Assembly: GCF_001194135.2 (NCBI RefSeq)
Contig: NC_068981.1
Location: 176,821,684 to 176,885,683 of the forward strand
Origin: Octopus bimaculoides
Lineage: Eukaryota
Length of the DNA: 64,000 nt
Reading direction: 5' to 3'
The stretch's first letter is position 1. Each line of letters begins with the position of its first letter. This document shows positions 11,349-23,182 of this stretch, one piece after another. The notes beneath the pieces were generated by a model, which saw only the letters and a list, made by a program, of their open reading frames with translations, was not told the DNA's origin and did no database searches. The position numbers were made by a program, and so were the translations under genes.

Positions 11349-11576
11349 TGCAAGCTGGCAGAAACGTTAGCACACCGGGCGAAGTGCTTAGCGGTATTTC
11401 GTCTTGTCTTTACGTTCTGAGTTCAAATTCCGCTGAGGTCGACTTTGCCTTTCATCTTTTCGGGGTCGATAAATTAAGTACCAGTTACGCACTGGGGTGA
11501 TGTAATCGATTTAATCCCTTTGTCTGTCCTTGTTTATTCCCTCTATGTTTAGCCCCTTGTGGGCAATAACGAAAGA
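11349..11576 (+). mobile_element. SINE family C, young copy inserted in a family A copy
   Basis: 16-bp duplication AGAAATTGAAAGAAGC (11333-11348, 11577-11592). The host SINE A head starts near 11205. Confidence 0.92.
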
Positions 11577-12134
11577 AGAAATTGAAAGAAGCCCATTATA
11601 TATATATATCATCNNNNNNNNNNNNNNNNNNNNNNNNNNNNNNNNNNNNNNNNNNNNNNNNNNNNNNNNNNNNNNNNNNNNNNNNNNNNNNNNNNNNNNN
11701 NNNNNNNNNNNNNNNNNNNNNNNNNNNNNNNNNNNNNNNNNNNNNNNNNNNNNNNNNNNNNNNNNNNNNNNNNNNNNNNNNNNNNNNNNNNNNNNNNNNN
11801 NNNNNNNNNNNNNNNNNNNNNNNNNNNNNNNNNNNNNNNNNNNNNNNNNNNNNNNNNNNNNNNNNNNNNNNNNNNNNNNNNNNNNNNNNNNNNNNNNNNN
11901 NNNNNNNNNNNNNNNNNNNNNNNNNNNNNNNNNNNNNNNNNNNNNNNNNNNNNNNNNNNNNNNNNNNNNNNNNNNNNNNNNNNNNNNNNNNNNNNNNNNN
12001 NNNNNNNNNNNNNNNNNNNNNNNNNNNNNNNNNNNNNNNNNNNNNNNNNNNNNNNNNNNNNNNNNNNNNNNNNNNNNNNNNNNNNNNTATATATATATGA
12101 CATCAACATCAACATCAGCACCAAAATCAAAATC

Positions 12135-12462
12135 AAATCAAATGGGAATTGGAGTTGTGAGCCCCATGCTGGCAGCACATAAAAAGCACCATCCGAATGT
12201 GGCCGATGCCGGTAGCACGTAAAAAGTTTCATCCGATCGTGGTCGATGCCAGCACCTTTGGCCCCTGTGCCAGTGGCACGTAAAAGGTACCCACTACACT
12301 CTCGGAGTGATTGGTGTTAGGAAGGGCATCCAGCTGTAGAAATGCTGCCAGATCAGATTGGGGCCTGGTGCAGCCTCCTGGCTTCCCAGAACCCAGTCGA
12401 ACCATCCGACCCATGCCAGCATGGAAAACGGACGTTAAACGACGACGATGATGATGATGACG
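12135..12462 (+). mobile_element. Family B RTE 3' end with GCACGTAAAA subrepeats
   Basis: Core plus (GAT)n tail, followed by a SINE A tail segment to about 12660. Confidence 0.85.
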
Positions 12463-12857
12463 AGTCTGTGTCTCTCTGTCTGTATTTATTCCCCACGTTG
12501 GCATTGCTGAACTTTGAATAACTAGTTCAGCAAATGAGGTTGATAGAATAAATACCAGGCTTAAAGAATATAAAATACTGGGGTCAATTTATTCAACTAA
12601 AATTCTTCAAGGCAGTGCCCCAGCATGGCTAGAGTCTAATGACTGACTCAAGTGAAAGATTTGATGTAAATATATTATAATGAAAAAGTAACACGATAAA
12701 CATTTCTGTTAATATATTCAATATCCTAAGTAGATTAATGTAACTACTTTAATTAATATAAACATAATTAGTCATTTTAGCATCTACCTTCCTTACACCT
12801 GAGCCATTCTAAATTCATTAGAGTATATCAACAGGCTTGTGCTATACAGAAAAAAAA

Positions 12858-12891
<34 letters not shown>

Positions 12892-13502
12892 NNNNNNNNN
12901 NNNNNNNNNNNNNNNNNNNNNNNNNNNNNNNNNNNNNNNNNNNNNNNNNNNNNNNNNNNNNNNNNNNNNNNNNNNNNNNNNNNNNNNNNNNNNNNNNNNN
13001 NNNNNNNNNNNNNNNNNNNNNNNNNNNNNNNNNNNNNNNNNNNNNNNNNNNNNNNNNNNNNNNNNNNNNNNNNNNNNNNNNNNNNNNNNNNNNNNNNNNN
13101 NNNNNNNNNNNNNNNNNNNNNNNNNNNNNNNNNNNNNNNNNNNNNNNNNNNNNNNNNNNNNNNNNNNNNNNNNNNNNNNNNNNNNNNNNNNNNNNNNNNN
13201 NNNNNNNNNNNNNNNNNNNNNNNNNNNNNNNNNNNNNNNNNNNNNNNNNNNNNNNNNNNNNNNNNNNNNNNNNNNNNNNNNNNNNNNNNNNNNNNNNNNN
13301 NNNNNNNNNNNNNNNNNNNNNNNNNNNNNNNNNNNNNNNNNNNNNNNNNNNNNNNNNNNNNNNNNNNNNNNNNNNNNNNNNNNNNNNNNNNNNNNNNNNN
13401 NNNNNNNNNNNNNNNNNNNNNNNNNNNNNNNNNNNNNNNNNNNNNNNNNNNNNNNNNNNNNNNNNNNNNNNNNNNNNNNNNNNNNNNNNNNNNNTCTGTG
13501 TG

Positions 13503-13536
<34 letters not shown>

Positions 13537-13970
13537 TATATATATATGTGTATATGTGTGTGTGTGTGTGTACAAGGTAAAGTTTAGAATACTTATAAGA
13601 AACTATGAAATAATTGAGAGGTTTTCTTTAAGCTGTCTTGCCTTGAAATCAACCTGAGAGAGGAAAGGCTGCTAGCCATGTTTATTAGAAAAAAAAAAGG
13701 AAAAAGAAAAGAAAGGGAAAAAGGAAAAGAAAGAAAAGAAAAGGGAATTCAACCAGAGCTAAAAAGTTGGATGGAAATAAAAAAAAGAAAAGGAAAGTAT
13801 TACTGAAATAAAAGCCAAGCCAAGACTTACTAGAAAGACAAGTGAGCGAATTAGGAAGGAAAGATGAATGAGANNNNNNNNNNNNNNNNNNNNNNNNNNN
13901 NNNNNNNNNNNNNNNNNNNNNNNNNNNNNNNNNNNNNNNNNNNNNNNNNNNNNNNNNNNNNNNNNNNNNN

Positions 13971-14010
<40 letters not shown>

Positions 14011-14466
14011 CATATATGTATATAAAAACAGATATATATATATATAAACACACACATGCATATATACATAAATACATACACACACACACATTATGTGTGT
14101 GTGTATATAATTCATGTGTATAAATAAAAGAAGGGATAAAGATTTAGGAAAGGTAAGAAAAAATAGCTTAAGAATTGTGAAAGTGGAAGAATTATGAAAG
14201 AAGATAAAAATATTTTCAAGGTAGGAGGCAAGGAAAAAGAAAAGTGAGGTATTAGCTGAAGAGGAAAAGTTGGATTATTTGGGTGGCTGTGCTTATCTTA
14301 CTACTCTTATTTCTTCTCTTTATATTAAGTTTCACAATATTTGAAAATGAATTAATTCATTTTGTATCTGAAAAATTGTGTATGCTTTCCCCTAAATCTG
14401 AAGTTTAATGTACACAGATTCTGCTGAAAGTCTTTTAATACTTTTTGTTCCCGTTTGCTTTGTCAG

Positions 14467-14491
14467 CAGCTTGCATTGTCACATTTGATAG
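14467..14491 (+). CDS. Candidate 25/22-nt micro-exon (phase 1 to 2), (A)ACIVTFD(R/S)
   Basis: Strong acceptor tttttgttcccgtttgctttgtcagcag (NAGNAG), donor TAG|GTATTT. Confidence 0.28.
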
Positions 14492-14613
14492 GTATTTCAA
14501 TATACATACATATATACACTCACTCAAACACAAACTAAGTAGCTAATTTTATTATTAAAGTCTAAAATGCACGAACACTCACACAGATACATACATACGT
14601 ACATAAATACATA

Positions 14614-14830
14614 CTCTTTTATTCTTTAACTTGTTTCAGTCATTTGACTGTGGCCATGCTGGAGCACCACCTTTAGTTGAACAAACTGACCCCAGGACTC
14701 ATTCTTTTTAAACCTAGTACTCATTCTATTGGTATCTTTTGCCGAACCACTAAGTTATGGGGATGTAAGCACACCAGCATCAGTTGTTGAAGTGAGGGTG
14801 GGGGGGACAAACACAGACACACAAACACAT
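14614..14830 (-). mobile_element. SINE family A, 3' half
   Basis: Tail tactcttttattc..gtttcagtcatttgactg through gacacacaaacac. Confidence 0.85.
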
Positions 14831-15295
14831 GATCCATGGGAAGAGCCATTTTAACGATGCGTCCTGCCCTACTCTTCGAAATGCCTGTGTTGGAATGGGG
14901 GTAGCTGATGAAGGAAAATGTTCTCTATGTGTTCTGTACTCTGTTTATTATTACTTTTTTTTGTGAACGTTTTGTTTGCAATGTACCCAGATATGCACCT
15001 ATATATACAGGTAGACGTAGGTATGCACATATATATTTCATGGTCAGGTGGGTGGCGACTAAACCAGCTACCCCACTTGAGTAGCTTACTACTCTTATAA
15101 GTAGGGTGTCAGGACACCAAGCTGGAATATAAACAAGACCTAGGGAAGGATGGATAAGCTCACTGTGGGTCAATGGCTTTCCAGCAATGGCATACCACCC
15201 CAATGTTTCTGTCACGAAAGCATTATGAGAAATGAAGTAATGCTATGGCTTTATCCGCTAGAACTCACGCTTAATCAAAAAGACTTTTGTTGTAG

Positions 15296-15347
15296 TGTCA
15301 TCAACACTCTGCAAAAGTGTACAATACATGATGACAAAGTGTATTAG
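15296..15347 (+). CDS. Candidate terminal exon (phase 2), (S)VINTLQKCTIHDDKVY*
   Basis: Acceptor gacttttgttgtag; phase-compatible with 14467-14491. Overlaps a competing minus-strand candidate. Confidence 0.2.
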
Positions 15348-16179
15348 CAGTCTCAATATTATAAACTGAACCCATAGTAAAATTTTTTCTCTGAATAGGA
15401 CACAGCATCCTGTAAATTGAATTAGAACTGATATCAAATAAATGAAGAGTTTCAATTCTAACTATTGTACATCTACATGTGTCATTTATGTTTTCAATCC
15501 TGACGTATAAAAGTAAATTATTTAGATACTACATGATAGCTTTCCTTTGATATACTACTCTAAAGTGTTTGATTTTCCTTGATTCCTAAATTATCAATTA
15601 TCTGGCTATATTTTCATAAATGTTTGCATCATTCCATAAACATAATTTAGACACCAAATATTTGTACAAAAATCCAATCATCAAAACATATTAAATTAAT
15701 AGATATGATACACTCATATCTAGACATGAATGTTCTTATATATTATAGTTTATTTTTATTTTTATTTATTTATTTTTGTTAACCATGAAAAATATTTATC
15801 CTTTCCAAGCCTTAAATGTAATTATTCCTTTTCATGAGTATATCAGCATGAAGTCAATATTTCGCTGGTAATAGTTTTAAGCGCTAACACTTTTCATTGT
15901 GTATGGAAGTTTAGCATTGGCCAATGTGCTCACTGCATAATACATTGCACCATTTATTCATTTCCCTTTACAAGACTGTAGACAATGAGAGATTAAAATC
16001 AAGCTAGATGATAACTTTGTAACACTTTCTTTTTTGCCAAAACTTTGTGTCATATTGGTGTTACCAATTTTATTCTCTATAGGCTTCAAATTAACATGAG
16101 CCATTTAGCCAGTTTACAATATTATTCACTATCTTTGAAAAACTAGCTTGAATCTGAAGGGCCGGTTTCATGGCATATG

Positions 16180-16393
16180 CAGGGTGTCCACAAAGTCTGG
16201 GTACATGGAGATTAACACATACTTTAAGAAATTATTATTTCTTATAGTTAATTGTTTATGCTATGATTTTATTTACTCCATGTACCCACATGGGGGGATC
16301 AATACATACTTTAAGAAATTATTATTTCTTATATTTAATTGTTTATGTTATGATTTTATTTACTCCATGTACCCAGTCTTTGTAGACATCCTG
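16180..16393. mobile_element. Tc1/mariner-type MITE with internal tandem duplication
   Basis: TIR CAGGGTGTCCACAAAGTCTGGGTACATGGAG mirrored at 16363-16393, TA on the right and TG on the left. A block of about 78 bp is duplicated. Confidence 0.85.
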
Positions 16394-16399
16394 TATATT

Positions 16400-16588
16400 C
16401 CCCACCTGAATGGAACACCAGTCCGTCATAGGATTAATCATTTTTTGCCAGCTGAGTGGACCAGCTGAGCAACGTGAAATGAAGTCTTTTGCTCAAGGAC
16501 ACAACATATCACCCGGTTCAGGAATCAAAACCACTACCTTATGATCCTGAGTCCAACACCCTAACCACTAAGCTACACGGTTCCACTT
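16400..16588 (-). mobile_element. tRNA-derived SINE family G (gttgtgtccttgagcaa CORE/V-like body)
   Basis: tRNA-like head on the minus strand; related copies at 34055, 37618 and 54100. Confidence 0.75.
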
Positions 16589-16774
16589 ACATTTTTGTAG
16601 GCTTAAGCTGATTTATAATTAATAGTCAACAGTTTAGTAGAGTTAGTGATCATATACTTAAAGGTGACACCAATCTTAAGCTATATGTATGCTTATGTGT
16701 GTTTTCTGTTCGTGACAATTTATGATTGAAATGTACACAAAATTGTTAATTACTTTAAAACAATAATTAATTGG

Positions 16775-17076
16775 TTAAGTAGATCAAAATACTGCATCAG
16801 TACCTTCATTCTATCAAACTGAAATGGATACTCTTTTATACTCTTTTACCTGTTTCAGTCATTTGACTGTGGCCATGCTGGAGCACTGCCTTTAGTCAAG
16901 CAAATCGACCCCAAATTTACATACAAAGAATAAGTCTTGGGGTCGATTTGCTCGACTAAAGGCGGTGCTCCAGCATGGCCACAGTCAAATGACTGAAACA
17001 GGTAAAAGAGTATAAATGAGTATCCATTTCAGTTTGATAGAATGAAGGTACTGATGCAGTATTTTGATCTACTTAA
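16775..17076. repeat. Near-perfect foldback inverted repeat, 140-bp arms, 22-nt loop
   Basis: 16775-16914 is the reverse complement of 16937-17076, with 3 mismatches found by eye. Confidence 0.95.
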
Positions 17077-17390
17077 TCTAGTACTTATTCTATCGGTGTC
17101 TTTTGGCGAACCGCTAAGTTACGGGGACGTAAACACACCAGCATCGGTTGTCAAGCGATGTTGGGAGGACAAACACAGACACACAAACATATACACACAA
17201 ATACATATATATATATATATACATATATACGATGGGCTTCTTTCAGTTTCCATCTACCAAATCCACTCACAAAGCTTTGGTCAGCCCGAGGCTATAGTAG
17301 AAGACACTTGCCCAAGGTGCCACGCAGTGGGACTGAATCTGGAACCATGTGGTTGGTAAGCAAGCTACTTACCACACAGCCACTCCTGAG
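17077..17390 (-). mobile_element. SINE family A, resuming after the foldback
   Basis: ctagtacttattctatcgg through accacacagccactcctg; its tail is in the left arm at 16830-16914. Confidence 0.9.
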
Positions 17391-17911
17391 CCTACTATTA
17401 ACTATTGAATGATAGATATCAGAAGAGCTTCCTCTTTTAGAAATCTAAATATATATATAACATGGAGCACTACCAGTAAGATCTATGAGAATTTGGTTAG
17501 TGACTTAGTTTGATTTCTAGTGAACACTGTAATGTTTTCCCTTCTTCTAACATTTGCAAACAATATCTAACTGAAAAATTATCAATGTACTAGATTACAA
17601 TACTTTAGAGCTGGAAAATCTTTAGCTAAGCTGATAACAGACAGTGATATTATTTTCATGTAAAGCTTAATTGATGCATTTTTATCATGATCAAATCTTG
17701 ATCTGTCCAATATATAAATGTTCTAAATATATTTCGTGATAATATATGAAATTCTGTTTAAAATTACACTCACATATTATGCTAAATAGAATTTAAGAAA
17801 ACCTTTTGACAATTCATTAGAAATAATCTTAGTCTGTTTGTTTAAGAAGTTCACTTCCCAACCACACAGTTTTGGATTCAGTCTCACTGCATGTCACCTT
17901 ATTATGTTATT

Positions 17912-18361
17912 TTGACCATTTAGTATTTAAACCATTGGTTCTCAACCAGGATCCAAATGAGCCTTAGGGGTCAGTATAAGATTCTGTGGTTAAAATTTAT
18001 GTGGAATAAATTGGTTATACTTCAACAATACACAAAAAATTTTAATTATTTTTTATACAGTTCTTAATAATATTTAATTATAAAAATATAAGATTTTAAA
18101 CATCAACATAAGGGGCCCCCTGAAAAAAATAGGAATCAAAGGGGTTCATAGGTAAAAAATGGGTAAGAACTACTGATTTAATATTCTACCTGTTTTATGT
18201 TCAAACTAGCCAGATCTGGCCTCTTGCATCTACCCAACAATGTAATTCTAAAACTGAACAATCACATTATCAAATTTACAAGATAATGCCGAGTTAATTG
18301 AAAACAATGTTAATATGTAAGCATTACATTTGACAGAGTAACTTTGATGTTAAAAGGTTAA
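17912..18361 (-). mobile_element. TTAA piggyBac-type MITE family D, interrupted by a hAT MITE
   Basis: Degenerate left end ttgaccatttagtatttaaac, right end taaaaggttaa; body matches 33107-33339. Confidence 0.7.
17933..18175. mobile_element. hAT/Charlie-type MITE
   Basis: TIRs CATTGGTTCTCAACC / GGTAAGAACTACTG, TSD ATTTAAAC / ATTTAATA. Same family as 51256, opposite orientation. Confidence 0.8.
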
Positions 18362-18460
18362 AGAAGAAAATGTGAAGTCATTCCAGTGGATTGTTCCCTT
18401 CAATTACTGTATGAAGATGGTCATAAACTTTCAAACTGATCCAGTAGGTTACAGAGTTCC

Positions 18461-18685
18461 TTAACCCTTTAGTTACTGTATTCATTTTCAGATGCTCTGT
18501 GTTTCTTTCAATTGCTTTAATAACAAAGAATTTAGTAAAATAACTTAGTTATCATTCAGCTAGTGTTAGGAATATAAATTGTGACTAAGGTTTGGTGGAA
18601 GATTTTAATTCAAAACTTATGAAAACAAGACATTTGTACTCAGAGCCAGAGCCAGTTTCAGCCTGGTTGGTAACGAAAGGGTTAA
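18461..18685. mobile_element. Second TTAA piggyBac-type MITE family
   Basis: TTAACCCTTTAGTTAC ... GTAACGAAAGGGTTAA, 15/16 inverted match including TTAA. Confidence 0.88.
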
Positions 18686-18841
18686 TGAGAAAATTAAATA
18701 GCAGTTTTGAATGGTCAGTTAACTGTCAGTGGATTTTGCATGGTAGTTATTATATCGTTAATTTTATCAGATAAAGGCATTTTCATTGACTGGTCCCCAT
18801 GTTCATCTATTAGCCCTGTAAGCTGAGTGACAGTGTGTGCC

Positions 18842-19215
18842 TGTAGTAACGCCGTGTGCATGCATAGTCTTACGCATGCGTGGAATTAAACAAGCAAGCG
18901 TTCCCGCTCAATTCATTCTCTTTTACAGTCGGCCGACCATGAGCATGGACGTGTCAAGAGTGTCTCTAACATTCCAACCTGGAGACAGTCTCTTTACGTG
19001 TATAGCTGTCACTCTCCATCTTTCGGACTTACACTCGACAGCTCGCTTACATCTACATAACGTCCCGACAACTATACTCACACACATAGAAGCTGTAACA
19101 ACAAGAGCTAAAGATGTATATATTTACCACCTGAATAAATGTTGTTTAAGTTGATAGTCTGGAGTTCAGCGTTTCGTTATATTCTCTAATTTTATATAGG
19201 AAAGTCAGGTATACA
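18842..19215 (+). mobile_element. Possible solo LTR
   Basis: TGTA...TACA ends, CpG-richer than flanks, TATA-like tract near 19117 and AATAAA at 19134. No TSD found. Confidence 0.35.
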
Positions 19216-19578
19216 TCTAATGATGTATAACCAACTTTCCTATATGCCTAAGCAAAAGTAACCAGCATTAGTCTATTCACTTGAGTTAGCTTTTACTGAA
19301 AATAACAACCCTTTTCACTTACTGATGAAGAAGTAAATAAACAAAACCCTATACATCTCATTACACTATCGTCTGTGGTGTTTCTGGTTTCAGTGTTCTT
19401 TATTCCCCTGCTTTATGACCAAAGCAAAATATTCAGGGATATTAATAAACTACATCAAATCATTTTCCAATATGTTTTTCATTCCAATTGTGGTTGTGGT
19501 TATAAGATTGGCCAGTTCTGATTGGATTATCTTTTATATCACTGCATGGCTGTTTCATTTTTTTACATCCCAATGTAG

Positions 19579-19659
19579 GTGGGAGGTGCGAATCAACAGG
19601 AATTGAAACAATGGCTGCATTGTTGGGAAAGGCATGATGACACTGAGTCAACTTCCTAA
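19579..19659 (+). CDS. Candidate exon: phase 0 VGGANQQELKQWLHCWERHDDTESTS*, or phase 2 (R)WEVRINRN*
   Basis: Acceptor ttttttacatcccaatgtag and a GC-elevated island; the frame is ambiguous. Confidence 0.22.
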   Translation: MGGANQQELKQWLHCWERHDDTESTS

Positions 19660-19769
19660 ATAATGAAATGCTGTTTGTTGTTTGTGATAACACCAAGAGT
19701 GTTGTCACCATCATTGCAATCATCACCACCACCACCATGAAAGAAATTTCATATATATATATATAAGAT

Positions 19770-19814
<45 letters not shown>

Positions 19815-19817
<3 letters not shown>

Positions 19818-20552
19818 CATCATCATCATCATCATTGTTTAATGTCCACTTTCCATGCTAGCATGGGTTGGACAATTTGACTGTGGACTGGTGAACCAGA
19901 TGGTTACACCAGGCTCCAATCTGATTTTCCAGAGTTTCTACAGCTGGATGCCCTTCCTTATGCCAACCACTCCAAGAGTGCAGTGAGTGCTTTTACGTGC
20001 CACCGGCATGAAGGCCAGTCATGCGGTACTGGCAACAGTCATGCTCAAAATGGTGTATTTTACGTGCCACCTGCACGGGAGCCAGTCCAGCGGCACTGGC
20101 ATCGACCTCGCTCGAATGTCTTTTCACGTGCCACTGGCACAACGCTGGTAATGATCACGCTCAAATGGTGCTGTTTACGTGCCACTGGCACGGAAGCCAG
20201 ACAGCTGTTCTGGCAATGATCACGCTCGAACGGTGCTCTTAGCGCTCCACTGGTACAGGTGCCATCACAATTTCACTTTCACTTACCCCAACAGGTCTTC
20301 ACAAGCCGAGTTTAGTGTCCAATGAAGGAGAGGTTGGCATGGGTGCCAGTCGTCGAATTCGGTTCGATTTTGATTTCATTTGCCTCAACAGGTCTTCAAT
20401 AGTGGAGTTTAGTGTCCAATGAAGGAAAGGTACTCATATTTCCAAAGGTCTCGGTCACAAGTCATTGCCTCGGTGAGACCTAATGTTAGAAGGTCGTGCT
20501 TCACACCTCATCCCAGGTCTTCCTGGGTCTGTCTCTTCCACAGGTTCCCTCA
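19815..20552 (-). mobile_element. RTE LINE 3' portion: ORF C-terminus plus long subrepeated 3'UTR (longest family B copy)
   Basis: Minus translation of about 20440-20552 gives EGTCGRDRPRKTWDEV/KHDLLTLGLTEAMTCDRDLWKY, an RTE C-terminal signature. (GAT)n tail next to (TA)n. Confidence 0.88.
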
Positions 20553-21312
20553 AGCGCGAAGGTGTGGCACTATATAAATTAAGCAGAAAATGGAGAAAAT
20601 TTTTGATCAACAAATAAAGTGACTACCGTCGGTTATTATTCTTTTTTAATTCAAAATTTTAACATTGCTAACAGCTGTTTCAGCTACCTATGATAGTTGG
20701 TGCTGCCAAGGAAAATTATGAGAATAATATTTGTCATATTTTATAGCACATCTGATCTGGTACATGGAGTTTCATCAGAGTGAAGACAAATACATAAAAT
20801 GAAAAAAGACGAGAGGAAAGAAGAGGGCCTCTCATATATATATATNNNNNNNNNNNNNNNNNNNNNNNNNNNNNNNNNNNNNNNNNNNNNNNNNNNNNNN
20901 NNNNNNNNNNNNNNNNNNNNNNNNNNNNNNNNNNNNNNNNNNNNNNNNNNNNNNNNNNNNNNNNNNNNNNNNNNNNNNNNNNNNNNNNNNNNNNNNNNNN
21001 NNNNNNNNNNNNNNNNNNNNNNNNNNNNNNNNNNNNNNNNNNNNNNNNNNNNNNNNNNNNNNNNNNNNNNNNNNNNNNNNNNNNNNNNNNNNNNNNNNNN
21101 NNNNNNNNNNNNNNNNNNNNNNNNNNNNNNNNNNNNNNNNNNNNNNNNNNNNNNNNNNNNNNNNNNNNNNNNNNNNNNNNNNNNNNNNNNNNNNNNNNNN
21201 NNNNNNNNNNNNNNNNNNNNNNNNNNNNNNNNNNNNNNNNNNNNNNNNNNNNNNNNNNNNNNNNNNNNNNNNNNNNNNNNNNNNNNNNNNNNATAAATAA
21301 GGAGAGAAGAAA

Positions 21313-21313
21313 G

Positions 21314-21383
<70 letters not shown>
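21313..21383. repeat. (GATA)n microsatellite
   Basis: Direct reading. Confidence 0.97.
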
Positions 21384-21384
<1 letters not shown>

Positions 21385-22336
21385 CATATGGTAATTACTG
21401 TAATGTCCAACTATCAGATTGTCAACAATAGATAGTTGTAACAATGATAAATCTAAGTAATTAAACTAAAGCTTTGCTGTTGATTCAGTCTAGAATAAAT
21501 TTACACAATTCAATATCAACTCAGTAGTTTTAAAACGCTGCTATTTATCACCTGTTGATTTCATTAATGCTGAACTTGTTTATGTTATTCATCTAAGTAT
21601 AATATAACAAGTTTTGCTATCACTAGTAATATTTTGTTATAAAACATGATGGGTTGGGTGTCATGATTGATGATACAGTAAGTACTCTGCTAATTCCACA
21701 ACAGCTCCAGTTTTAATTCAAAGCCATGGAATACTTGCAATATAAACATCATAGAAAAAAACAAATTATGAATATTGCAAGCTCTTGTTCCACACCCTAG
21801 ATTTTTATGCTTTTCATGCTAATGTGAGCAACCACTGTTGATAAAAAGAAGAGGAGAGTGTTTGTTAGAACACTATAGAAATGTTAGGAGTTTAGAAATG
21901 TGAAGAGGAGAGCTTCTTTAAATATTACACCAATAGCGTTATTGAAGAAATTTCATTTAGATTTTACTTATTGATCTTCCTATTCATGACCAATATGATG
22001 TTCCTGGTGGTAATTATAAGAATAATACCATACAAAGATCTCCATGGATGAAAGATTAAAAACATAGTTATTTCTCATATTAAATTCAAGAGCTTATTGG
22101 CTGGGGTTCACATGTATAGAATTTCCTATAGAATTTCCAAATGAAAGTCAGGAAAGTATTTGTATTTTGTTCAGTCTAGTGGTTTTAATTTGGACTCTTT
22201 ATATTTAATTTCTCTTGGTTCTGTTCAAAAGACCCTTTAATTTTACTAAAGGTATAACCAAAACATTACACATATATCACTTATATTATCGTGAATAAGT
22301 TTCATCAGCAGTAATATAAATTTTCTTCCTAAACAG

Positions 22337-22424
22337 ATGTCTTGCCAGTCACATCGGTACAGTTCCATCGGTTGTGTTTGAGCAACAAACAGCAGGTGGG
22401 ATCCTTACTCAAACATCAATCTGA
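22337..22424 (+). CDS. Candidate terminal exon (phase 2), (R)CLASHIGTVPSVVFEQQTAGGILTQTSI*
   Basis: Acceptor ttttcttcctaaacag, GC-rich island, class I PDZ-like end (TSI). Possible internal donor CAG|GTGGGA at 22395. Confidence 0.4.
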
Positions 22425-23135
22425 GATTTTGTAATTGCACCACTGCGGAAATGATCTGGTTTTTCAATGCAAATTTTGAATCAATTGATGTTTTCAGTCA
22501 GGTTTCTAGCTTTCAAAATATATATATATATATATAGAAAGAAACAAAAGAAACAAAAAAAAAAAGAAACCAATGTAAATTATAAGATCATTGTTCTTTA
22601 TCAACTGCACTTGTTCACTCATTTCAGGGTTTTTTTTTTTTTTTAATTTAATTTCCATAATAGTGTTAATCTATTTCCATAGTTTTTATATATAATCTGA
22701 TCACAGCATGATGCAATGTTTTTGGTATATTTGTGAACATAAAATGTCCTTCCTAACCCTCTTAGAAGTGCTGAAAGATATTTGAATAACTATAGCTGCT
22801 TATGTTATCACAATTTAGNNNNNNNNNNNNNNNNNNNNNNNNNNNNNNNNNNNNNNNNNNNNNNNNNNNNNNNNNNNNNNNNNNNNNNNNNATATGTGTG
22901 TGTTTTACAGGCATTTATTTATTAATTTTTGCCTCTCAAAGTTTACAGAAGTGATGGTATATAAAACAGGCTAAATTATGTTGCTGAAATAGAATTATTT
23001 TGTTTAGCAAATAATTTAATAATAAAATGAAATAAAATTTGATGACAAGAGAATATGTAAAACTTCAAATATTTTCTTAAATTTCATGGAAGTTCATTAT
23101 AACTAAATCCAGAGTAGTACAATATAATTCAGTAC

Positions 23136-23182
<47 letters not shown>

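Noticed and set aside
13604-13654. Minus-strand acceptor followed by VDFKARQLKENLSIIS*
   Set aside because: Short protein-like frame of the kind expected by chance; treated as a negative control.
14835-15240. CTGATGA and CGAAA motifs as a hammerhead in a possible Penelope fragment
   Set aside because: I could not close stems I-III consistently; likely a repeat fragment of undetermined class.
15269-15308. Minus-strand 40-nt exon candidate SVDDTTTKVFLIK with a GTGAGT donor (WD40-like look)
   Set aside because: No partner exons found on the minus strand, and it overlaps a plus candidate. It cannot be supported without expression data.
19940-20420. Regularly spaced direct repeats resembling a CRISPR array
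   Set aside because: The spacers are related to each other, the context is a eukaryotic LINE 3'UTR, and there are no cas genes.
21930-22200. Possible L1/Tx1 RT remnant
   Set aside because: Only a faint PWM..I motif; too degraded to call.
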